From positions 1-34,563 of the IMG/VR virus record IMGVR_UViG_3300020369_000012: a stretch of DNA of 34,563 nucleotides. The stretch is one strand, 5' to 3'. Source of the stretch: a virus. Its lineage: Duplodnaviria > Caudoviricetes. The notes under the pieces are model-generated. The model did no database searches. It saw only the letters and a list, made by a program, of their open reading frames with translations, and was not told the DNA's origin. This document shows, piece after piece, positions 1 through 8,190 of the stretch (its first letter is position 1; every line of letters begins with the position of its first letter). Position numbers and translations under genes: made by a program.

Positions 1-72
1 ACGGCTACCGGGACAGCGAATTCTTTTTCATGAAGATCAAGAATGACTTTCCCGGTAATCCGTGAAGAACCT

Positions 73-104
73 AAAAAAAGGGCTACGCTGAAGCGTAACC
101 CTTT
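73..104 (-). terminator. Rho-independent terminator downstream of the tRNA 3' end (host side)
   Basis: On the minus strand AAAGGGTTACGC-TTCA-GCGTAGCCCTTT followed by further Ts, directly after the tRNA CCA end. Confidence 0.8.
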
Positions 105-112
105 GATTTGTC

Positions 113-158
113 TGGTGCCGGCACCAAGAGTCGAACTCGGGACCTACTGATTACAAGT
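113..158 (-). repeat. Prophage att core: 3' half of tRNA-Thr(TGT)
   Basis: Minus strand ACTTGTAATCAGTAGGTCCCGAGTTCGACTCTTGGTGCCGGCACCA contains the TGT anticodon loop, T-arm GTTCGA and CCA end. The D-arm and 5' half are absent, as expected for an integration duplication. The partner copy is expected beyond the integrase, outside the window. Confidence 0.9.
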
Positions 159-177
159 AAGGCAGATTGTAATTATA

Positions 178-261
178 AATCAATTATTTAATGCGCAAAA
201 TTGTACGTCTTCGCCTGCCTCAAAGCCACCATTTACAAGGCGTCCCGCTCCTATTGTACGT
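178..261. promoter_or_regulatory. att arm: IHF-like site and putative integrase arm-type repeats
   Basis: AATCAATTATTTA (178-190) fits WATCAAN4TTR; direct repeat ATTGTACGT at 200-208 and 253-261. Confidence 0.5.
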
Positions 262-273
262 GGCAAAAGCTAC

Positions 274-308
274 AAAAAAAGCCGCGCGAGGTTAGTCCTC
301 ACGCGGCT
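274..308 (-). terminator. Rho-independent terminator closing the XRE-ImmA-peptide unit
   Basis: Minus strand AGCCGCGTGAGG-ACTAA-CCTCGCGCGGCT followed by a T-run. Confidence 0.8.
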
Positions 309-326
309 GCATTACATCACTCAGGT

Positions 327-458
327 CTAGGCTCGCACCAAGAAGCACCAGGCTTCATGGCCGTATTCCCACGCGTCGAGTACACGATCGGAGTTCTTAA
401 CCCGACGGTAGCGACAGCAGACCCAGCGATAGCCTTTCGGCGCTGGTTTCTTTGCCAT
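327..458 (-). CDS. 43-aa basic/aromatic small protein (MAKKPAPKGYRWVCCRYRRVKNSDRVLDAWEYGHEAWCFLVRA)
   Basis: Perfect SD AAGGAGGT (469-476) 10 nt before ATG; followed by its own terminator. Confidence 0.7.
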   Translation of the reverse strand: MAKKPAPKGYRWVCCRYRRVKNSDRVLDAWEYGHEAWCFLVRA

Positions 459-597
459 TTCGCATATTACCTCCTTACGAGAAGGAATTTTTCTTGCTTT
501 CCACAGCGAAACGACTAACATTTCGGCAGCAGACCGACTGCAAGGGCGAGCCCCCTTCCCGAATAGCTCACCTGGTGAGCTGGAGCGCCAACTCCAG

Positions 598-1149
598 CTA
601 CACCAAAATTCTTTTCAACACCTGTTTTTTGTAGAGTTTCCTAATCTGCGTCTGAGCAGCTTGAGTACTAACTCCAAATTTCACGCATACTTCTTCCAAG
701 CTTTGACAGCTAGCTACGCCTTCTGCGGGCATTAGCAACGCGGCTGCAAACTCATTAGCCTGCCACTCACTATCCACATACGCTTTCAAACCACCGCTCA
801 CGGCACGATGGTATTTGAGAGGTACATCACGATGCAGCAGGTAATGGCCGAGCTCGTGGGCGGCAGTAAAACGATCTCGCCCCACACCATCACAAGCCCC
901 CAAATACACATCATTCCTCAACATCACGGTGTTCTGAGAAGGAATAGTTAGACCGTGATTCATCCCCATTTCATCAGTCTCGCCTGACTCAAACGAGAAC
1001 CCGGGGTAGATGATCGGCATTGCCAGCTCCAGAAACTCAACGATAGGAAACCAGCCGCCATCGAGCCTGATATAGCTGCGGACACTCGAAGCCACGTGGA
1101 CAATTTCGTTATAGCTTCTTGGTGGTACTTCAAATCGCGGTCCGCTCAC
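598..1149 (-). CDS. ImmA/IrrE-family zinc metallopeptidase (Peptidase_M78)
   Basis: RDRFTAAHELGH (HExxH) and EWQANEFAAALLMP motifs. Confidence 0.9.
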   Translation of the reverse strand: MSGPRFEVPPRSYNEIVHVASSVRSYIRLDGGWFPIVEFLELAMPIIYPGFSFESGETDEMGMNHGLTIPSQNTVMLRNDVYLGACDGVGRDRFTAAHELGHYLLHRDVPLKYHRAVSGGLKAYVDSEWQANEFAAALLMPAEGVASCQSLEEVCVKFGVSTQAAQTQIRKLYKKQVLKRILV

Positions 1150-1160
1150 TATGGTTTACC

Positions 1161-1529
1161 TCACTTCCCTTTGACCTGTTTTAGTAACTGCAATACTTTG
1201 TCGATATCCCCATCACCCATTTCGTTAAATTGCCGAGCAAACGCCAGCGCGGCTTCCTTGTGCTTTTCTGAACGACCTTTCATTTCAATTTCGATCTGCT
1301 GCCGAGACATCTGCGCAGCATGCTCTAATTCATAAAACTCGTTGGTGCCTCTTGCGTAGCCCATATAGCTACACAGCCTCGCAAAAATATCATCCGTAAG
1401 GGGGCGCTTGCCGGTTTCGATTGTGGACAGATAGGCAGGCGATACGCCGATACCTTGAGCCATGTCCTTGAGCAAGCTCCCCCGCTCAATGCGTTCCTTA
1501 CGCAAGAATTTACCGATCTCTGTAAGCAT
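1161..1529 (-). CDS. XRE-family HTH transcriptional regulator
   Basis: IGKFLRKERIERGSLLKDMAQGIGVSPAYLSTIETGKR; SD AAGGAG before ATG 1529. Confidence 0.9.
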   Translation of the reverse strand: MLTEIGKFLRKERIERGSLLKDMAQGIGVSPAYLSTIETGKRPLTDDIFARLCSYMGYARGTNEFYELEHAAQMSRQQIEIEMKGRSEKHKEAALAFARQFNEMGDGDIDKVLQLLKQVKGK

Positions 1530-1564
1530 GATTATCTCCTTTTGAGCGATAAAACTACTCACTC

Positions 1565-1600
1565 TGCTAAACAGTTTAGCATATTTTGTAAATTTGTCAA
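1565..1600 (-). promoter_or_regulatory. sigma70 promoter of the xre-immA operon with overlapping operator palindrome
   Basis: TTGACA(1600-1595)-16 nt-TAAACT(1578-1573) with extended -10 TG; perfect palindrome TGCTAAAC-A-GTTTAGCA at 1565-1581. Confidence 0.75.
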
Positions 1601-1648
1601 GCCCTAAAAAGCCCTCCCCCCAGCAGTCTTCTGGGGCAGACCATCAGT

Positions 1649-1960
1649 GGTGACTTGCTGCATCGCATTATCTCGCCCCGCCACCTGACCGATTACGAAC
1701 TTAACTATGAGATCGAAGGCGCGTGGGACGCGGCTCTGGAAATTGCTGACGGCAATGAAGATGTTGCCAACGCAATCATGGCACCGGGCTGCGAAACACT
1801 CGACGATTGCGAGCCGGAAGATGTAGCCGATCAGGGCTGGGAGTTTCAACGTCTGCGCGGCCAACTGGCAGCCCGCCTTGGCTACACCAGCGTTGAGATG
1901 CTGGACGAGCACGGCACCACCTACCTCTGCCTGCCGGGCTGCACAATCGAGGTGATTTAA
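1649..1960 (+). pseudogene. acrIF11: 5'-truncated AcrIF11-family anti-CRISPR (ADP-ribosyltransferase)
   Basis: LHRIISP..LTDYELNYEIE.AW..AL....GWEFQRLRGQLAARLGYTSVEMLDEHGTTYLCLPGCTIEVI closely matches the AcrIF11 C-terminal part as I recall it. The N-terminal ~38 aa (..LFHGS..) is missing, there is an in-frame stop at 1589-1591 and no SD/ATG. Confidence 0.8.
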
Positions 1961-1984
1961 ACCCGCCCAGCGCGGGTTTTTATT
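1958..1984. terminator. Bidirectional terminator between convergent acr and Rz genes
   Basis: AAACCCGC-CCAGC-GCGGGTTTTTT. Confidence 0.7.
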
Positions 1985-2537
1985 GCTCGTTCGGCTGCAA
2001 CCCCGAAACCACCAACCGCGCCCAAGCCTGCAACGCAGTTAACCTTACACGACACTCATCCGCCCGCCCCGTCACTCGGACAAGACCTGCTGCAGTTGCT
2101 GGGTGTATGTCTGCTCTGGTTCCGGCTCCATCATCCACGCCGGCGGTGACGGTACCGGCAGGCACTCCACCGGCAGCGGCTGCGGGGCTGGCGATACGGA
2201 CTGACAACCGCCGCTTAGCAGCAGCGAGATCAACAGCCAGCTGAACATTGCTTTTCTGTACATTGGTAAGCTCCTGATTGTGCTGTTTGTCCTGCTCGGC
2301 CAGCTGCGCCTGCAGCTCTAAATAGCGATCCTGTTGCTGCCGCAACTGCTGCGACCCGGCTCGGGCAATCTCGCCCAGCGTGTCCGAGTGCAGCTTCTCA
2401 GCTGCAGCCACGTCTGCTCGACCGTTTGCGCCGTTCCAGCTCCAGCCGGCCCAGAAGCCTGACCCGACCAGACCGATCAGCAGCAAGACGGTGAGGCCGA
2501 TCTGCGCCGCCAGCTTGTACTTGCCAAATAAGTCCAT
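1980..2537 (-). CDS. Rz-like i-spanin
   Basis: N-terminal TM helix, coiled coil, RLSVRI and LTALQAWAR motifs; follows endolysin. Confidence 0.85.
   Translation of the reverse strand: MDLFGKYKLAAQIGLTVLLLIGLVGSGFWAGWSWNGANGRADVAAAEKLHSDTLGEIARAGSQQLRQQQDRYLELQAQLAEQDKQHNQELTNVQKSNVQLAVDLAAAKRRLSVRIASPAAAAGGVPAGTVTAGVDDGAGTRADIHPATAAGLVRVTGRADECRVRLTALQAWARLVVSGLQPNEQ
2072..2263 (-). CDS. Rz1-like o-spanin lipoprotein embedded in Rz
   Basis: Signal peptide with lipobox LLSGGC, Pro-rich PVPSPPAWMM, nested in an alternate frame. Confidence 0.8.
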   Translation of the reverse strand: MYRKAMFSWLLISLLLSGGCQSVSPAPQPLPVECLPVPSPPAWMMEPEPEQTYTQQLQQVLSE

Positions 2538-3028
2538 CACGCGTCGACCGCTCCATAACGTAGGTTGCCAACCACCCGCCGTGCCCAACCCTTGCCGAAC
2601 TGAGGCCAGGTGGAGAGCTTGGTGTAGAACTGCAGGCGCTCCGCATTGAAGCGCATCAGCACATCCGTGACGGTCATCGCTCGCACTGCATTGAGCGTGA
2701 TGCTGCCCACGTCACCGTCATCGGCAACATCAACTGCGCGCTGCAGGAACCGCACCGCGTTCTCAATGCCGTGATTCACTGCAGCATCGAACAGCTGGAA
2801 CCCGATAGCGCCGTCATATTCGTCGGCCCGCGCTCGGCCCCAATAGGCGACCCGGTAAATCTCTTTGGCCTGACTGCGGGTCAGCTGCCGCATGTCATCC
2901 AGGTACCCATGCGCCCGAGCCACCCGCTCAGTGATACCGAAGTTGGTGGCACCGCCCGGGTCAGCGGGGTGATTGACGTACCCGCCCTCATGACCGATCA
3001 GCCGGTCAAAGGCTTCATCAAAATCCAT
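2537..3028 (-). CDS. Endolysin, glycoside hydrolase family 108 with peptidoglycan-binding domain
   Basis: EGGYVNHPADPGGATNFGIT and FGKGWARRV motifs. Confidence 0.9.
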   Translation of the reverse strand: MDFDEAFDRLIGHEGGYVNHPADPGGATNFGITERVARAHGYLDDMRQLTRSQAKEIYRVAYWGRARADEYDGAIGFQLFDAAVNHGIENAVRFLQRAVDVADDGDVGSITLNAVRAMTVTDVLMRFNAERLQFYTKLSTWPQFGKGWARRVVGNLRYGAVDA

Positions 3029-3042
3029 TGGAACCTCGACAT

Positions 3043-3067
3043 GAAAAAGCCGCACTGCGGCGGCTGT
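3043..3067 (-). terminator. Terminator-like hairpin between tail genes and endolysin
   Basis: Minus strand CAGCCGC-CGCAGT-GCGGCTTTTT. Confidence 0.55.
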
Positions 3068-3186
3068 TGTGATGGGGTTATCATTTGCTGGTTTTTGCCA
3101 GCGACAGCGCCATAACTGGCAGGCACTATCGTGCTGGCTCTACACGGATGTGGGCTGTTCCAGCCGGGTTTTGTAGTACCGGCAAC

Positions 3187-3867
3187 TTATACAGGGGTAA
3201 TAGTTATCGTCACCGGACCGTCTGGCCAGAGCTGGCCAGGCATCACTGGCCCCGCCATGATTCCGAATGCAGGCTCTCCGGGCACCTGCTCTACAACGAC
3301 GGAAACACCCTCAAAGCCCGGCGCATCCAGTGTGAACGCCAGGCCGCCAATATCGCCACTCGCAGAGCCTGAGATCATAAGCGCAGCGGCGCCATCCATC
3401 GCCTGCACCGCAATTGCAGCGAAAGAAACCGCAACGCCGCCCAGCTCCGATGGAGCAGCGACCAAAGAACCTGCATCGCCACCAAGCCACCCGCTCAGAG
3501 TCTCATCGAAAGAGGGCACCTCTGACACAATCTCAAACGTCAAGCGCCCAGAGACAATGGCCTCAAGTTCGTCGACACGCGCCTCAAGCGCATCAAGGCG
3601 GCTAAAAAGACCCTGCATAATGTCGGCGGTTAACGTGCAATAAACAACACTCCCTGCGCCCCAGTCAGAATCCTCCGTGCCCTCTTGAGCGCGCAGCAGC
3701 TCCGCTGCCCCCGCGACAACAGTAGCGGTTACAATCTCCCATTTTTCCGCAGCCGTTTCGCTGTCTGCGATCGTCAGCGTGTATGCCCCGTCGGGCAGGT
3801 CAAGCGCTACACTCGTCTGACCTGCGGCGAGAGTAATCGGCCGAATCCAGTTGTTGGCGAACTTCAT
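3187..3867 (-). CDS. Putative tail fibre / distal tail protein
   Basis: WEIVTAT..RAQEGT..W..GS motif typical of tail-fibre N-termini; last gene of the tail cluster. Confidence 0.6.
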   Translation of the reverse strand: MKFANNWIRPITLAAGQTSVALDLPDGAYTLTIADSETAAEKWEIVTATVVAGAAELLRAQEGTEDSDWGAGSVVYCTLTADIMQGLFSRLDALEARVDELEAIVSGRLTFEIVSEVPSFDETLSGWLGGDAGSLVAAPSELGGVAVSFAAIAVQAMDGAAALMISGSASGDIGGLAFTLDAPGFEGVSVVVEQVPGEPAFGIMAGPVMPGQLWPDGPVTITITPV

Positions 3868-3876
3868 TTCCTCTCC

Positions 3877-5547
3877 TCACGTAAATCGGACTGGGGCGCG
3901 CTGAGCGATCAGCAGTTCGCCGGTAACGGGCTGATATGCGCCGTATTTATGTGTTATCGGGTGATAGTCGCCAGCGCCCTTGATGCCTCCAGGGGTGAGC
4001 ACGCGGCCCACGGCAATCTCGCTACTGTCGCTACCCCGGCATACCGCGCCAAACGCTTTGTCGCACCAGCGCGCCACCGTCGGCCAGCTGCCGATGGTGC
4101 ATTCGTAGGCGCTGCTGGACGACTCTGCCGGTGTCGCCGGCAAACCTGCAGGGGCGTTTGCTGCCGACAGGTTCGTTGACGTCGGCCCCTCGGTTATGAG
4201 CCCTGCCGGCGTCTCGCGGTCTACTTGATATGTGATCCCAAACAGATCGGGGCCAGTGCCCGACGGGAAATTGCCATTCTCGGCCTTGTAGCGCCAGTCA
4301 TACGTGATCGTGCGCGTATGCACCACCTCATCAGACAGCGAGCTATCGCCCCATGTCAGGGTGATTGCAGAGCGGTTAATCTCGGTCACAACGCGCGTTG
4401 CTGCACCCTCTGCAGTACCCTCATAGCTCCAACCACCAGAGCTGTCGGTGATCTCTTTGAGCGTGTCGCTGATGATCTGCTCGCTGTACGTGCTCGATCG
4501 CTCGCGAGTGGCCTCGCGTGACAGCGTGACCGGCAACGGCACGCCCTGCTCATCAAACCAATACCCGACCACTTTGCCGGTTAGCGTGCGCGTCTCTGTG
4601 CCAATCTCCTGCTCTGTGAGATACGCGCGGGACACGATGGGCCCCGGCGTGACAGATGGCTGCGGGTACGGCCTGGGTGGCCAGTCGATCGTAAAGCCCT
4701 GGCGGTCCCACGCCGTAAACACATTTGTCATTACCTGTGCTGTTGGCATCGGCGTATACGACACGCTACCGAGACAGTCGGTGCGAGATGCCAGCTCGGT
4801 TGCCTGCAGCTCAAAACTCAGCCCCCCGGCAAACGGGCTGCCGGTGATCTCCAGCAGCCAAAACCCCAGCGCCGTGACATCGTTGATCGTCAGGGAGTCT
4901 GAGCGCTCTCGGAAGTTGAGGTTGACTCCGTTATAGACCCCGATGATGATCTTGCTGCCGTCGGGTACTGCGTCGACGACGCTATAACGCAACAGCGTGC
5001 CCTGCCAGCCGCTGCGGGAAAACTCGGCAGTTTGCTCGGCAGTCAGCCGCACCGTTTTCTCAAAGCCTGCCCACGGCTTGAGGATAAAACCCGATGGGTC
5101 GGCGCTGACTGTCAGATCGTATGTCTCGCAGTCAAACGCGTTGATTGAGCCGATACGACGGACCGAGAGATTGAGTTTCCACGGCCATCCCATCGCCGCG
5201 TCCCAGTAGTACCAGCCCCGCGAACCCAGATTTTTGTCATGCACCTCGCTCTGGAGCCCGCCTCCGACCAGCGCGTAGTCACGCCACTCCATGCCCTGCG
5301 CGGCCAGCTCTGGCGGGGTTTGCGGATCAGTTGCAGCCCCAGGCAGGCGCTGCATGAATGATGTGCCGATGTGCGCGATGTTGCCCACGCTGCTCGATAT
5401 GCTGGGCCAGTCAATCTCAGATCCGTCAGACAGCTCAAGGGTACGCGTGCTGAGCAGGTACTGGTCTCCGCTCAGCTCGCCGAATGACCAGCGAATAACG
5501 CCGTGCCATGGGCAGCCCCACAGCGGGGTGTTTGTCTCGTCTGTCAT
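3877..5547 (-). CDS. Putative tail tip protein
   Basis: 556 aa beta-rich protein, WGCPWHG N-terminus, in tail operon. Confidence 0.6.
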   Translation of the reverse strand: MTDETNTPLWGCPWHGVIRWSFGELSGDQYLLSTRTLELSDGSEIDWPSISSSVGNIAHIGTSFMQRLPGAATDPQTPPELAAQGMEWRDYALVGGGLQSEVHDKNLGSRGWYYWDAAMGWPWKLNLSVRRIGSINAFDCETYDLTVSADPSGFILKPWAGFEKTVRLTAEQTAEFSRSGWQGTLLRYSVVDAVPDGSKIIIGVYNGVNLNFRERSDSLTINDVTALGFWLLEITGSPFAGGLSFELQATELASRTDCLGSVSYTPMPTAQVMTNVFTAWDRQGFTIDWPPRPYPQPSVTPGPIVSRAYLTEQEIGTETRTLTGKVVGYWFDEQGVPLPVTLSREATRERSSTYSEQIISDTLKEITDSSGGWSYEGTAEGAATRVVTEINRSAITLTWGDSSLSDEVVHTRTITYDWRYKAENGNFPSGTGPDLFGITYQVDRETPAGLITEGPTSTNLSAANAPAGLPATPAESSSSAYECTIGSWPTVARWCDKAFGAVCRGSDSSEIAVGRVLTPGGIKGAGDYHPITHKYGAYQPVTGELLIAQRAPVRFT

Positions 5548-5972
5548 GGGGTCGGTGCCGATGCGCCTGCAAAGTAAATTTCAACCGGGTCGCCGTTTGC
5601 ATCTTCAAGCTGCAGGCGACTCAGCAGCGGGTAGATAAAAAGCCCGTCCGTGCTGGGGATGCCGTTTGTGTGATACAAGCGGTTGCTATAGCTGACCTCC
5701 TCGAGCGGGCTGGCGATGCCGCCGCCGGGGCCTGTGCTGCTGCCGGGCTGGTAGTTGTACTGAGCATATCCGCGCGCAGACGGGATGCCGCCGCGTGGTT
5801 CTTCGCGGCGCAGGGTTGGTGGCTCGGTCTGCCGGGTAATGATCTGCGACAGATCACGAATCAGCCCCTGCGCAAGCGCCTGCCGGCGGCTGGTAAGCTC
5901 TGATCGAATGCCGCCGCTACGCTCTTGCAGCTTGCCCCGGATTCCTGCCGCTCGATCATCAATCGTACTCAT
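5544..5972 (-). CDS. Putative tail protein
   Basis: Translationally coupled within tail operon; GGIASPLEE motif. Confidence 0.6.
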   Translation of the reverse strand: MSTIDDRAAGIRGKLQERSGGIRSELTSRRQALAQGLIRDLSQIITRQTEPPTLRREEPRGGIPSARGYAQYNYQPGSSTGPGGGIASPLEEVSYSNRLYHTNGIPSTDGLFIYPLLSRLQLEDANGDPVEIYFAGASAPTP

Positions 5973-5973
5973 G

Positions 5974-7680
5974 CTACAGCTCCAGTTCGTCTGCCGTTGG
6001 AGCAACCCTGTACACAGCCGGTTGCTCTGCACGGATCTCGTTGCGCCATTGCTCGGGAATCTCGGGTGTGATCAACATAAAGCGCCGAGGGAAACGCAGG
6101 GCGGGGTCGCCATTCCCAATCGAATAGTTACCCGCAAAGCCTGGTAGCTCATCGTCGTACAGCGGGCTGGTAGTCCGCAGACCGAGCTGCGTCGGCAGAG
6201 CCCCAGGTACAACTGGGCCCGGCTCGTCTTCAAACTCGGGCGGCTCCGGCAAAGCCAACGCATCATCAACGCTCCCCGGCTGGCCAACGCTAACCGCAAG
6301 CGTGATGGTGAGCATCGCGAGGCCAGTGGTGATATCCATCTCTTCCTCCAGCGCGGCAGGCACACCCGTCACCGCAACCTGATCATCAGCCAGCCGCACG
6401 CCCTTGCCGAAGTCCACACCGAGCGCATGGGCCAAGGGCGTTTGCCAGGTCACCTGGTTTGCTCGGTGAGATGCCAACAGCATCGTGCGGCCAACTCCGA
6501 GCGCGCATTCGGCTGCGGCCGCAAGGCGGGATGGCTCCCTGCTGCTGCCACTGTTGATTGGCAGGTCTCCGACCGCAACACCATCAGCACCAGTGCTGCG
6601 ATCCCATGCCTGGTCACCGGCGCTGTCTGTGTCGAGCACGACCCGCGCACGCTCGATGACTTCCCCCACAGCTGCAACGGAGTCATCAACCTGCAGGCGC
6701 AGGCGGTATTGCTCAACTGCACGCTGGCTCCAGCGGATGCTCGCCGACCAATTCGCACCGAGCAGCAGGTCGGTGTTGTCGTTGTACCAAGGCTGCGGCA
6801 GGTCTGGCAGGTCGCCGTAAAGCCGGAACCAACTGGCCGAGCGCAGATACCAGCCCGCGGACTCGGTTGCCTCGGTGATCATCTGAATGTCTGGCAGTTC
6901 GGTAGAGTCAGCCCGCCAGGCGTTGAAGCCGGTGAGCGACGTGTTGCCGCCAGTGCCCGGGTGCAGCCAACTGTAGGACTGGTTGCGTTGGCGGTAGCGG
7001 GTGAACCGGTAGTCCAGCTCAAGCTCATAGACGTTTGGCGTATCACCAAGCGGAGCCAGGTTCACATCCAGCGATTCATAGACGGTGGTGCCAGACCCGA
7101 ACTCGAAAGCCAGCGAGGGTTGCCAGCTGGTTACCCGTGGCATGCCAGAGCGATCGACATTCAAGCTGGCTGGCCGCGTGCTCATGCGCTCTTGCGCGTA
7201 TTCCCACCGGGATCGCCCAGCCGTTTCCTCAAATACATCAGGAGACCATTGACCGCCGGTTAGCTGGTCAATTTCTGCCAGCTCCATGCGCTCAATGCTG
7301 TCCGCAAGCCGGGTGGTTGCCTCACAAAACATCACGCGACTGAGCACATCGAAGGACGGCTGCACCAGATACCCGGTGAACCGGCGGCTGGAAAAGTCCG
7401 TCTCACCCAGGACAATGAAGTCGACAGTCAGCGCAGCCCCAGTGTAGGCAGCAACATTCACCGGGCCCGCACCGAGGTACACGGCAAAGCGCGCGACGGC
7501 GTCGCCATCCTCGGAGCGACTGATAACAACCGAACCGGTCAGCACGCTGGTAACATCAACACCGCCCAGCAGCACCTGCAGGCGCCATACGAATGACCCG
7601 CCCTGCTCGATATGCTGAACTGCGGTCCCAGACGCCAGCCCGTTGAGTGGGACGCTATTTAGGGGGTACGCATTAAACAT
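5974..7680 (-). CDS. Putative tail tip/hub protein
   Basis: 568 aa, second gene after tape measure. Confidence 0.65.
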   Translation of the reverse strand: MFNAYPLNSVPLNGLASGTAVQHIEQGGSFVWRLQVLLGGVDVTSVLTGSVVISRSEDGDAVARFAVYLGAGPVNVAAYTGAALTVDFIVLGETDFSSRRFTGYLVQPSFDVLSRVMFCEATTRLADSIERMELAEIDQLTGGQWSPDVFEETAGRSRWEYAQERMSTRPASLNVDRSGMPRVTSWQPSLAFEFGSGTTVYESLDVNLAPLGDTPNVYELELDYRFTRYRQRNQSYSWLHPGTGGNTSLTGFNAWRADSTELPDIQMITEATESAGWYLRSASWFRLYGDLPDLPQPWYNDNTDLLLGANWSASIRWSQRAVEQYRLRLQVDDSVAAVGEVIERARVVLDTDSAGDQAWDRSTGADGVAVGDLPINSGSSREPSRLAAAAECALGVGRTMLLASHRANQVTWQTPLAHALGVDFGKGVRLADDQVAVTGVPAALEEEMDITTGLAMLTITLAVSVGQPGSVDDALALPEPPEFEDEPGPVVPGALPTQLGLRTTSPLYDDELPGFAGNYSIGNGDPALRFPRRFMLITPEIPEQWRNEIRAEQPAVYRVAPTADELEL

Positions 7681-7683
7681 CTG

Positions 7684-8190
7684 CTATACCTCCAGGCATA
7701 CAAGCTGCCAGTCATTGCTGCCGGCTTCACTGCTCTCGGTTGGCCGGCGGCACCGGACAGTGAAACGAGGCAGCCAGCCAAGGCTGTAGAGCGCGGCTCC
7801 CGCCACCGGCGTGATGGTTGCGCTGCGATCAACAACGGAAACCGGCGTGCGCTGGTGCGTACCGTCGGGGAACAGCGCATCGCACCACACCGGCACATCC
7901 GGGCGCGGCTCGGTTGTCAGTGTTACCTCAAGGCCTTCGGTGTTGAGCCGCAACGCCTTGGTGCTCCACAGGTCCAGATCCGAGCGGAAGTCCACACCAT
8001 CAAGCCCAGGGCCCATTAACCCGGAGCCAGTGATGGTGATGCGCATCTTTTCCCAGTGGGTCATCTCTACCAGTGCGCCATCACTCATGCGCACTTGGCT
8101 TGTGCCGCCATCAGTTTCATAGCTGACAGACGGCCAGCCGCTGAGCGGCATGATGGGCACACCGCCCAGCTTCAGCAGAATCATGATCAA
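7684..8190 (-). CDS. Putative distal tail protein
   Basis: Immediately follows tape measure. Confidence 0.6.
   Translation of the reverse strand: MIMILLKLGGVPIMPLSGWPSVSYETDGGTSQVRMSDGALVEMTHWEKMRITITGSGLMGPGLDGVDFRSDLDLWSTKALRLNTEGLEVTLTTEPRPDVPVWCDALFPDGTHQRTPVSVVDRSATITPVAGAALYSLGWLPRFTVRCRRPTESSEAGSNDWQLVCLEV

Noticed and set aside
1-31. Possible start of a host gene on the minus strand (MKKEFAVPVA)
   Set aside because: Only 10 codons visible and no clear SD
113-158. Complete tRNA-Thr gene
   Set aside because: Only the anticodon loop to CCA is present; upstream sequence lacks the D-arm and 5' acceptor strand
1161-1529. XRE as an Aca protein for acrIF11
   Set aside because: Divergent from the acr remnant and paired with ImmA; Aca genes normally follow acr genes in the same operon
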